NCBI GenBank assembly: GCA_016933575.1
Contig: JAFGAR010000088.1
Location: 64,001 to 128,000, forward strand
DNA: 64,000 bases
Direction: 5' to 3'
Origin: Candidatus Thorarchaeota archaeon
GTDB taxonomy: Archaea > Asgardarchaeota > Thorarchaeia > Thorarchaeales > Thorarchaeaceae
Below, in pieces: positions 8,600 through 16,937 of this stretch; the stretch's first letter is position 1, and every line of letters starts with the position of its first letter. The notes beneath the pieces are model-generated. The model saw only the letters and a list, made by a program, of their open reading frames with translations, ran no database searches and was not told the DNA's origin. The position numbers were made by a program, and so were the translations under genes.

Positions 8600-9391
8600 T
8601 CAGATGAACAAATTCTCCTTTCCGAGCCTATCAATGGCTGTTGTTGTCCAGACCACAAGACGACCAGGGTGTGTTCCCGGGGCTAGGAGTTCTGCGTTCA
8701 GACCATGAACTTCAGCAACATCAACACCAGGAATATTACGTGCGGCCTTTATGATTCCTGAATCTGTACCGATGACTATCAGTAGTGACTTAGGAGTCTT
8801 CATCTTTCGACCACGCATCTTCCCTTTACCTGCTCTGATACTGCGACCATTACTTGCTCTTTCAAGATCATCACCGAGTCCTAGAGCAGTCAAGGTTTCA
8901 AGAACCTCTTTTGTTGTTGCAAGTGTTTCCAGCTTGCTACTGACGATAAGAGGAATTGCAGGAACTTTTTCGATCTTATGACCACGATTCTTTACATACA
9001 GGGGATTTGCACTTGCTGCAATGGCTGATCGAATTGCTAGACGATTTTCCTTGGTATTGATTCTCTCAACAAGGACCTTCCGTGCCTCCGGTGGGTGTGC
9101 TACACGACCACCGACTGTACCAGGAGCGAATCCAGCTTTGTTTGCAGCACCAGTGCCACTGCCCTTAATGCGCGGCATTCTTGATCTACCATGTCCTGTC
9201 TGCCAGCTCTGAGCTGTATTGCGTTTTCCTGCGAGTTCATCAACACCATGTGGTTGAAATCTGCGGGACTGCACAGCTAATACTGCTCTCTTGATTACAT
9301 CAGGACGATATGGTGTATCAAAGTGAGCTGGTAACTCGATAGTTTCCTTGCTGGCTTTGCCAGTTAGTGTATAAGTCTTAATATTTGCCAT
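8600..9391 (-). CDS. rpl4: 50S ribosomal protein uL4
   Basis: RPDVIKRAV...TGHGRSRMPR...LLAPGTHPGRLVVWT; start 9 nt after GGAGG. Confidence 0.97.
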   Translation of the reverse strand: MANIKTYTLTGKASKETIELPAHFDTPYRPDVIKRAVLAVQSRRFQPHGVDELAGKRNTAQSWQTGHGRSRMPRIKGSGTGAANKAGFAPGTVGGRVAHPPEARKVLVERINTKENRLAIRSAIAASANPLYVKNRGHKIEKVPAIPLIVSSKLETLATTKEVLETLTALGLGDDLERASNGRSIRAGKGKMRGRKMKTPKSLLIVIGTDSGIIKAARNIPGVDVAEVHGLNAELLAPGTHPGRLVVWTTTAIDRLGKENLFI

Positions 9392-9404
9392 AGATTGCAT
9401 CCTC

Positions 9405-10412
9405 CTACTGCTTCGAAGCTGTGCTGATGTAACTGACCTGCACAGGTCGCTCCACCTTGCTCTTCTTAGGGCGTATTGCGAATCTGAGTCTGACTGGTCG
9501 CTTTATTGCGCCAGGAACAGAACCGCGGAGCATTAAGTAGTCGCCTCGGATAACACCATAATTCACAAAGCCACCAGAAGGTGTAATTTCTTCACCACGT
9601 TCACCCATCTTGACTACTTTGTTATTGAAGCTTGTACGGGTGTGAAAACCAGTCTGACCTGGTCGTGGAACGGTGTATCTGATACTGCTAGGAGTCCACG
9701 GGCCAATACAGCCTACGCCACGCTTTGTCTTTCGGGACTTGTGCTGAAGAATTCTAATTCCCCAACGGCGAACAGGACCCTGAAAACCGTGACCCTTGGT
9801 CACAGCAATGCTATCAACAAAGATTCCCTCATTGAGAATGTCCGCAACACGGACATCGGTACCTAAGACTGTCTTTGCATATTCAAAGGCTTCCTTGATG
9901 TCTTGGGAACCAATCTTGAATTCCATTACATCAGGCTTCTTCTTCGCAATCCCTGCAAGCCTTGGCTGAGTATGTATCAACATCCGAATCTCGGCAAATG
10001 AGTCGAGCTTTGACTCGAACTCACCCATCTTGGTTTCATAATCGTACTCTTTTGGTAATGGCATAGTCTTTCGGAGATCTTCGGACATACTTCCAGCAAG
10101 AACCTCCATTGAGAGCCGGAACCCATAAGGTGTACTCTCATAGCCACGAATTGAGAACGGTCTAATCGGTGGTGTGTCAATCACTGTGACCGGGATAACG
10201 GTCTCTTGTCCTTGGAATGGACTGTCAGGATTGCCAACGGTTACAACAGCATGGGTCATACCTGCCTTGTAACCAATGAAACCGAGTAGTTTTGCAGCCG
10301 AGTCAGTATACTCAGGCCAATTCTTGATACGGGGCACGAATTTAGAAGCCTTACCACGCGGCAAGTAAGCTAGACTGCCACGTCTCGGTGCATTCTTCTT
10401 TCGATGTGCCAT
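9405..10412 (-). CDS. rpl3: 50S ribosomal protein uL3
   Basis: PRRGSLAYLPR, GYKAGMTH, TKGHGFQGPVRRWG; start at MAHRKK. Confidence 0.98.
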   Translation of the reverse strand: MAHRKKNAPRRGSLAYLPRGKASKFVPRIKNWPEYTDSAAKLLGFIGYKAGMTHAVVTVGNPDSPFQGQETVIPVTVIDTPPIRPFSIRGYESTPYGFRLSMEVLAGSMSEDLRKTMPLPKEYDYETKMGEFESKLDSFAEIRMLIHTQPRLAGIAKKKPDVMEFKIGSQDIKEAFEYAKTVLGTDVRVADILNEGIFVDSIAVTKGHGFQGPVRRWGIRILQHKSRKTKRGVGCIGPWTPSSIRYTVPRPGQTGFHTRTSFNNKVVKMGERGEEITPSGGFVNYGVIRGDYLMLRGSVPGAIKRPVRLRFAIRPKKSKVERPVQVSYISTASKQ

Positions 10413-10587
10413 AATTAACACCACAAAGGTATTCGTATCGAATGGCCGATGAACTGGGCTATTCGTACTACAACAGGCGCGAAAAGTGGAGATGGTTTTT
10501 AAAACTTGCCTACTGACCAAGGAACATAGATGGCATAGAATATCATGTCAGGAGAGTGGATATCTCTTTAGACTAGAGTTGAAATCA

Positions 10588-12954
10588 TCAGAATCTATTC
10601 TGTTCAGTTCTAGCTAGTATCTCATCTTGTAGGTCTTTCCCGATATTTACAAAGTAGTCTGAATATCCAGCAACCCGTACAATGAGATTTTGATAGTTTT
10701 CAGGATGTCTTTGAGCATCTCTCAAGGTGTCCGCCCTAATGACATTGAATTGAATGTGATGACCTCCAAGCTTGAAATATGTACGAACTAGGTCAGCCAG
10801 TTTTCGTCTTCCCTCAAGATCAGCCAATACATCAGGCATGAATTTCTGATTTAGAAGGGTTCCTCCAGTCTTTGAGTGATCGATCTTGGAAACAGATTTT
10901 ATTACAGCAGTGGGACCATTAGTGTCAGCTCCATGACTTGGAGAGATACCATCAGACAGTGGAGATCCTGCCCTTCGTCCGTCAGGTGTAGCACCTGTCA
11001 CTTGTCCAAAATAGATGTGTACTGTTGTAGGAAGAAGATTTACCCGATACTCACCACCCTTGGTATTGGGTCGACCATCAATTGCCTTGAAGTAGGCTTC
11101 AAAGACTGTCTTTGCAATGTCATCTGCAATGTCATTGTCATTACCATACTTTGGTGTCTTATTCAACAAGGTCATTCTCATAGGTTCGTTGTCTTTGAAA
11201 TCGGTTACAATTGCATCAAGTACCTGGGACATGGTGTATCGTTTCTTATCAAAGACATGATGTTTGAGTGATGTAAGTGAATCAGTAATTGTCCCCATCC
11301 CAACACCTTGAATGTATGTTGAATTATATCGTGGACCACCATTATGGTAGTCTTTTCCCTTCATAATACAATCATCAAATAACAAGGACAGGAAGGGAGC
11401 TGGCATATACTCTGCATACAGTCGCTCGATTATGTTGTTGCCCTTGATTTTTATATCAATGAAATATTCTAGTTGTTTCTCATAGGCTGAGAACAGCTCT
11501 TCATAAGACCGGAATTCACTTGCAATACCAGTCTGAGGACCGACTTGGATTCCTGTTCTGGGATCAACACCATTATGAAGTGTAATCTCAAGAATCTTAG
11601 GCCAGTTACAATATCCTGTCAATATGCAACTTTCTTTTCCAAAAGCACTGATAGTCACACAGCCACTAGGACCTCCAACCCTTGCATCTTCAAGTGACTT
11701 TCCAGCCCGAAGGAACTCCTTGATTATGACATCTGTGTTGAACATTGAGGGTTGACCAAAACCTTCCTTCACCACATCAACTGCGCTCAAGAGAAACCTG
11801 TCGGGATTCTCTGTACTCATCTGGATGCAGACACTCGGTTGTATCAGTCTCATCTCATTACAGACTTCTAGGATGAGATATGATATCTCATTGACACCGT
11901 CTGTACCATCTATCTTTAAGCCACCGGTATTGATCAACGCAAAGTCTTGGTAGGTCCCACTCTGTTGTTCAGTGATGTCCACTTTGGGTGGGGCAGGTTG
12001 ATTGTTGAACTTAATCCAGAAGCATTGCAGAAGCTCTTTAGCTGAATCTCTGGTAAGAGTACCCTGCTCAAGTCCCTGCTCATAGAAAGGATGGAGATGC
12101 TGGTCCAATCGACCAGGATTGAAGCTGTCCCATACATTGAGCTCAGTAATAACTCCTAGATGAATGAACCAATATGCCTGAAGAGCCTCCCAGAAATCAC
12201 GGGGAGGATTTGCTGGAACGTGATGACATACATCTGCAATTTTCCTCAGTTCTTTTTTACGCTCAGGCTCAGATTCCAACTTAGCAAGTTCCTCTGCTTT
12301 ATCAGCATAACGTTGCGCAAAAGCAATCATAGCTTCTGCTGCAATTCTCATCGCCTTGAGTTCTTGTTCCTTGAGATACGCCTCTAGGTCATTATAGAAA
12401 TCTAATTTTTCCAAGCTCTTCTCAATATCATCGATTAGATTCAGCAGTCCTCTTCGATAGATCTTATCATCTAAGATTGCATGACCGGGGGCTCGCTGTT
12501 CCATGAACTCAGTAAACACACCAGCCTCAAAGGCGTTCATCCAATCATCGGACATTGCATTGAAGACTCGTTCACGCATTGTCCTTCCTTTCCAGAAGGG
12601 AATAATATCATCACGGTAGGTGTTTAGTGTGTCTTCACTTACTAGAAAGGGAGTTCGTTCACGAGAATTGGCAATAGTAAGGTCATCGATTGTATGACAG
12701 CATAGTTCGGGGTACGTGGGAGTAGCTCTTGGTGCTGAACCGCGCTCTCCAACTATTAGTTCTCCATCAGCAATCATAATTGTCTTATTTTCGAGAATGT
12801 ACTTGAATGCAAGAGCTCGTGCGATAGGTGTCGATACCAAGTCTGCTGCTCCACTTTGATAGAAGTCTGTTAGAAATTCTGCACGTTCTGTGCAGATGTA
12901 AGGCTTTGTACCTACACTCTGATTCCTTAGTGCAATCACGCGCTCAGTCTGCAA
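10588..12954 (-). CDS. Glycyl radical enzyme, trans-4-hydroxy-L-proline dehydratase (HypD)-like variant
   Basis: RVAG763YS radical loop, SGC432VT Cys loop, and HypD-type segments EQRAPGH158, WD276SFNPGR, YQD337F, LTGY448, LPT643T. Confidence 0.88.
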   Translation of the reverse strand: MQTERVIALRNQSVGTKPYICTERAEFLTDFYQSGAADLVSTPIARALAFKYILENKTIMIADGELIVGERGSAPRATPTYPELCCHTIDDLTIANSRERTPFLVSEDTLNTYRDDIIPFWKGRTMRERVFNAMSDDWMNAFEAGVFTEFMEQRAPGHAILDDKIYRRGLLNLIDDIEKSLEKLDFYNDLEAYLKEQELKAMRIAAEAMIAFAQRYADKAEELAKLESEPERKKELRKIADVCHHVPANPPRDFWEALQAYWFIHLGVITELNVWDSFNPGRLDQHLHPFYEQGLEQGTLTRDSAKELLQCFWIKFNNQPAPPKVDITEQQSGTYQDFALINTGGLKIDGTDGVNEISYLILEVCNEMRLIQPSVCIQMSTENPDRFLLSAVDVVKEGFGQPSMFNTDVIIKEFLRAGKSLEDARVGGPSGCVTISAFGKESCILTGYCNWPKILEITLHNGVDPRTGIQVGPQTGIASEFRSYEELFSAYEKQLEYFIDIKIKGNNIIERLYAEYMPAPFLSLLFDDCIMKGKDYHNGGPRYNSTYIQGVGMGTITDSLTSLKHHVFDKKRYTMSQVLDAIVTDFKDNEPMRMTLLNKTPKYGNDNDIADDIAKTVFEAYFKAIDGRPNTKGGEYRVNLLPTTVHIYFGQVTGATPDGRRAGSPLSDGISPSHGADTNGPTAVIKSVSKIDHSKTGGTLLNQKFMPDVLADLEGRRKLADLVRTYFKLGGHHIQFNVIRADTLRDAQRHPENYQNLIVRVAGYSDYFVNIGKDLQDEILARTEQNRF

Positions 12955-13039
12955 AGAATCAACCTCACAATGACCCAGATATGTGATGATTTGTTATTTT
13001 CGTACTCTATTCTCTTTAAAGGTCATGTATATGGGTTCA

Positions 13040-13903
13040 TCAATCGTAGAAACCTGTTTGTGAAATAAGATTACCCACAGAGTTGTTGAGCAACCCAAGA
13101 CTAATCATTAAGGCCTCTTCAAGGCGAACAGTTTCAGTTCCCTGATTATCAATCGTATTCGTCCAGAAATCAATGCTCTGTTTGATATCATCTTTCTGAT
13201 CATCAAAGAGCTCTAGAATGCCCCGATTAGGACCTCCGAATACTGCGAGGACAGACTTGGTATTAGACACCGTAGCTTGTAGTTCATCGTCTATTCTCTT
13301 GAACATTGGCGCTTTTCTTGAGAAGCCAATACGGGTCGTTTTGTTCGACTGTTTGAGTAATTCGGGCAGACTTCCAGTTCTTGTAGACTCAAAACCCCAG
13401 TATTGAGATACATCAGACCTATTGATGACCTTAAGCGAGAGCTGAGGTATAACACTCTCGATCATGAATAGAGTTGGATCACGCTCACTCAGTGTCTGTG
13501 GATAATCTACTAGTTGGTCCAGACCGAGGTCGATTTTCCCGACTCTGGCTTGCACGCCCCATCGTATAGTGCCTACAGAGAGATTGGATATGGAGGATTG
13601 GAGTGGATGACTCTTGGTTCGGAGAGGTGGAAGAAGACCAGCAAATTTCAAAGAGGCAGATGTAGGGAATATTCTTCGTCGAAGATATTGTGGTGTGTCC
13701 ATGAATCTCAAGAGCTTCACCAGTAGGTCAGCATCACGTTTCTGCCGCGGTGATAGTTTGCCTGTGTTATAGATGAATATTTCATCAACTCTGAAGACTG
13801 CAAGAGCTCTTGCAATCTGACCTACTTTGATTGTCTTCAGGCGAATGTCAGGACAATCTATGAGTGATGTGTCCGGGAGCGCAACTTTTAGTGTCATTAT
13901 CAC
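13040..13903 (-). CDS. SPOUT RNA methyltransferase (C9orf114/MTH1-like)
   Basis: KVGQIARALAVFRVDEI, TPQYLRR, GLLPPL, NQGTETVRLEEA. Confidence 0.92.
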   Translation of the reverse strand: MIMTLKVALPDTSLIDCPDIRLKTIKVGQIARALAVFRVDEIFIYNTGKLSPRQKRDADLLVKLLRFMDTPQYLRRRIFPTSASLKFAGLLPPLRTKSHPLQSSISNLSVGTIRWGVQARVGKIDLGLDQLVDYPQTLSERDPTLFMIESVIPQLSLKVINRSDVSQYWGFESTRTGSLPELLKQSNKTTRIGFSRKAPMFKRIDDELQATVSNTKSVLAVFGGPNRGILELFDDQKDDIKQSIDFWTNTIDNQGTETVRLEEALMISLGLLNNSVGNLISQTGFYD

Positions 13904-13909
13904 GACCTC

Positions 13910-14341
13910 CTACAGATCCAAGGTGAACCAGAGTCTGGTAGTTTCATCTGTTCTTTCAATCTTCATATCAGCATAGGTCATAGCCTTGACCTCAGTTTTC
14001 GTATCATGCTTACTAAAATCAATGTCTTCTCCAAAAACCGTTCCCTTGAGTCTATATCCAGTAGATTCTCTATCTATTGTTTCAACCTTGAAACTGGAAT
14101 AGAACTGACCGTTAATATCGATGAGAGCTATGAGTCTACCAATCCATTCCACAAGGAGCTCTTGGAGATCAATTCCTACTACTACAAGATTGAAGGGAGT
14201 TGTTGGACTAACTGTGGTGGTATCAAGAATGACCTCAAAAGTTGCCTTTGCTGCTTCTTCAAATGATTCCTCTAATGTAGGAGCCCAGCATTCTATGGTA
14301 ATGTCTGCAGTATGCTCATGAAATCTAAAACCGCGGTCCAA
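13910..14341 (-). CDS. Archease (RtcB tRNA ligase cofactor)
   Basis: EHTADI N-terminus, EVKAMTY, terminal LDL. Confidence 0.95.
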   Translation of the reverse strand: MDRGFRFHEHTADITIECWAPTLEESFEEAAKATFEVILDTTTVSPTTPFNLVVVGIDLQELLVEWIGRLIALIDINGQFYSSFKVETIDRESTGYRLKGTVFGEDIDFSKHDTKTEVKAMTYADMKIERTDETTRLWFTLDL

Positions 14342-14408
14342 ATTCTAATTCTCCAAACTCAACCACGACAAGAAGCTTAAAAGGCATTTCCAACGGTGGA
14401 AATCCTAA

Positions 14409-14555
14409 GCCGAGGTAGCCAAGCCCGGATTACGGCGCCGGTCTTGAAAATCGGAGTGTTCTGCACTCCTAGACCAAGCCAACCGGTATCTTCGGATGCA
14501 TGAGTTCAAAAAATCCATATTTTGTGGAGTCGAATAAATCTCATCCTCGGCGCCA
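14409..14555 (+). tRNA. tRNA-Ser(UGA) with two introns (37/38: 14449-14480; T-loop 58/59: 14510-14537), CCA encoded
   Basis: Acceptor GCCGAGG/CCTCGGC-G-CCA, anticodon stem CCGGT/ACCGG with TGA, long variable arm, T-stem ATGAG/CTCAT, and bulge-helix-bulge (BHB) junctions at both introns. Confidence 0.9.
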
Positions 14556-16121
14556 TTTTCTTATTATAGTGGTGCTAATAGCCATAATTGAAATCGCAAC
14601 AGTTACGATAATAGATGGATACCATCCTATGATATCATGATGACTAGATGATGAACTGATTTGCAGTCGGCAGAGGAATACATCATAGTATCCTCCAATT
14701 TGCATTTGATACGCTCCTTCAGATATCGGAAAATCAGATGATGCAGTCCTGCCACTTATAATCATTCTTTGATCTATATCAAAGAAAATGCTCTCACCCG
14801 AATCCTCGGCGGACCCACCAATATAGGTTGAAAATAGGATAGACTGGCCATCCCCTGCAAGCAAAGTTACTGTTGTATCGAGATGCCCAGCTCTTTGATT
14901 CTGGAGAGAGTTGACTAAGGGATAGTCGTCAGATAGAGTTCGACCTATTATTATTGGTCTGTTAATACCATCAAACTCGACTGCATATGCAATATCAAAT
15001 TCACTACCGCCTAGATATGTCAGATACTCTGTTATGCCAGTTTTGTTACATTTGTAGATGAAGATATCACGAGTTCCTCCTGCATATTCTGGTTGAAGAG
15101 GCGATAATGTCTTCAAATCTGTAGAGCCAGTATATCCCACCACGACAATCTCATCGAGGTCATTGGTAGCAACACCCCGACCTACATCCTCATTCTCTCC
15201 TCCAATATATGTCGATAACAAAATGGATGTTCCATCAGAAGACACCTTGATTAAGTATGCATCCCATACTCCAGCATTTTCAGTTTGGTATGCCTGTTCT
15301 GTGGTTGGAAAATCTTGAGAACTTGTCTGTCCTGTAAGGATGTAATTGTTCAATGAATCAATAGCCATGCACTCGACCCTATCGACTCTGCTACCTCCAA
15401 TATAAGTGAACATCTCTGTCTGACTACCATCATCAGTGATTCTCGCAATGAAGAGATCCTCTCCACCGGATGGATGTTCCTTATAGGCACCATCTGTGGA
15501 TAACCCAAATGATGCTGAAGTGCCTGCAATCATGTAGTTTTCTTCTTGGTCGAGTTTCACTGAACGAATTGTATCGCTTAGAGCGCCGCCATAGTAGGTT
15601 GAATACAATAAGGTTCTTCCATCAGCAGAGATTCGTGTTATGTAGCCATCAGTTTCTCCAGAGAGAGATGATTGAATTGCATCAGACGTCACTGGAAAGT
15701 CAAGAGATGATGTGAATCCCACGACTATCAGGCTACCATCAGACCGAATTTCTACATCATCCACATGTTCATAATCACTTCCGCCTAGAAACGATGAGAA
15801 TACAAGTGCTCCAGAAACATCGAATTTCACTACAAAGATATCCCATTGACCACCAGAGTAGGTCGGTTGGAACGCATCTTCAGTGGTTGTAAGGTCAGGG
15901 GAGTTTGTATGACCAACCATCACAATGGAGCCATCTGAGGCACACGTGACCTCTGAAACCTCTTCGATATTGAATCCTCCGAAGTAGGTGGCAAGAGAGA
16001 TATTGTATGATAATGAAGATTCCACCTCTGAAGCTATCTGGAGAGATAATGGCAATATTAGAAAAGATACAACCAGCATGAGGACAATACTAGCGATAGG
16101 AAGCAATCTTGCTGGAGTCAT
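14541..16121 (-). CDS. Cell-surface SBBP-type beta-propeller repeat protein
   Basis: Repeats of (S)TYxGG...D...VxGxTxSxDFP...FQ....G..DxF, N-terminal hydrophobic segment, C-terminal TM helix plus basic tail. Confidence 0.88.
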   Translation of the reverse strand: MTPARLLPIASIVLMLVVSFLILPLSLQIASEVESSLSYNISLATYFGGFNIEEVSEVTCASDGSIVMVGHTNSPDLTTTEDAFQPTYSGGQWDIFVVKFDVSGALVFSSFLGGSDYEHVDDVEIRSDGSLIVVGFTSSLDFPVTSDAIQSSLSGETDGYITRISADGRTLLYSTYYGGALSDTIRSVKLDQEENYMIAGTSASFGLSTDGAYKEHPSGGEDLFIARITDDGSQTEMFTYIGGSRVDRVECMAIDSLNNYILTGQTSSQDFPTTEQAYQTENAGVWDAYLIKVSSDGTSILLSTYIGGENEDVGRGVATNDLDEIVVVGYTGSTDLKTLSPLQPEYAGGTRDIFIYKCNKTGITEYLTYLGGSEFDIAYAVEFDGINRPIIIGRTLSDDYPLVNSLQNQRAGHLDTTVTLLAGDGQSILFSTYIGGSAEDSGESIFFDIDQRMIISGRTASSDFPISEGAYQMQIGGYYDVFLCRLQISSSSSHHDIIGWYPSIIVTVAISIMAISTTIIRKWRRG

Positions 16122-16208
16122 GAGATTCTTAGAACGTGATAATTTCTGTTAAAAGCGATTATCAACGCAGAAAAACATGGCATTTACTTTCTTCAGAGAG
16201 GATCTTGT

Positions 16209-16676
16209 TCATAATCCAGAAGCATCGGATCTCCCTTCGAACACAACACTAGCTGTTCCTTCTAAAGAACTGAAAGACTGATTTGTGACATCATTTCCAC
16301 GTTCATCGACAACATACCATTTTGATTTCCGAGAGTGCTCATGAAATGGCCAATTTTCATCCAGAATCTCTCCAAGAGGGGTATTGCTTGCTCCTCGAAT
16401 GAAATATTCTTGGTCATCGCCAGCAATACGTACTGTGCGAACGATCTCACCACTAAACCCTGTAGACCATCTTGCGTGTGTCTGTACTTTTGTAACAAGA
16501 TTAGCTGTGGTAACAAGAAATAGAACGACCGACATCCAAAATAACCACGCATATTGCTCAAGTGAAACAACAATCACTCCAACTGGCGATACATATCCTA
16601 GTTGAACAACAAGTAGGAATAGGCTACTGAAAAACCAGATAAGTACTGAAAAAAGGTCAATTCTGCGGTTTGCCAA
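16209..16676 (-). CDS. Two-TM protein with possible C-terminal beta-grasp (ubiquitin-like) domain
   Basis: Two hydrophobic segments, then TVRIAG..EYFIRG.SNTPLGEIL...WYVVD.RGNDV..QSFSSL. Confidence 0.55.
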   Translation of the reverse strand: MANRRIDLFSVLIWFFSSLFLLVVQLGYVSPVGVIVVSLEQYAWLFWMSVVLFLVTTANLVTKVQTHARWSTGFSGEIVRTVRIAGDDQEYFIRGASNTPLGEILDENWPFHEHSRKSKWYVVDERGNDVTNQSFSSLEGTASVVFEGRSDASGL

Positions 16677-16937
16677 GAAACTACACCTTGATTCTTGTGA
16701 GATTCAATAACATCTCTGTTTCAAGGGTTATAGAATTTTCTTAAAACTCAGAACACGTGTTCGAGATTTCTATGGAGTGCGGTTATTAAAAATATTGAAC
16801 TTCAATCGTTTCAAAGAATTACGGGTTTACTGGCGTCGCTATGCAGAGGCATCTATGAATGAGGCGACTGATACTCTCAGAAGCTATTTGTTTCATTGGA
16901 TTATTGTATATGCATCGTATCTTATTATATCTGCAGT

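Noticed and set aside
14802-14811. ATCCTCGGCG as an att duplication of the tRNA-Ser 3' end
   Set aside because: Only 10 bp, inside a coding repeat, no integrase; compatible with chance
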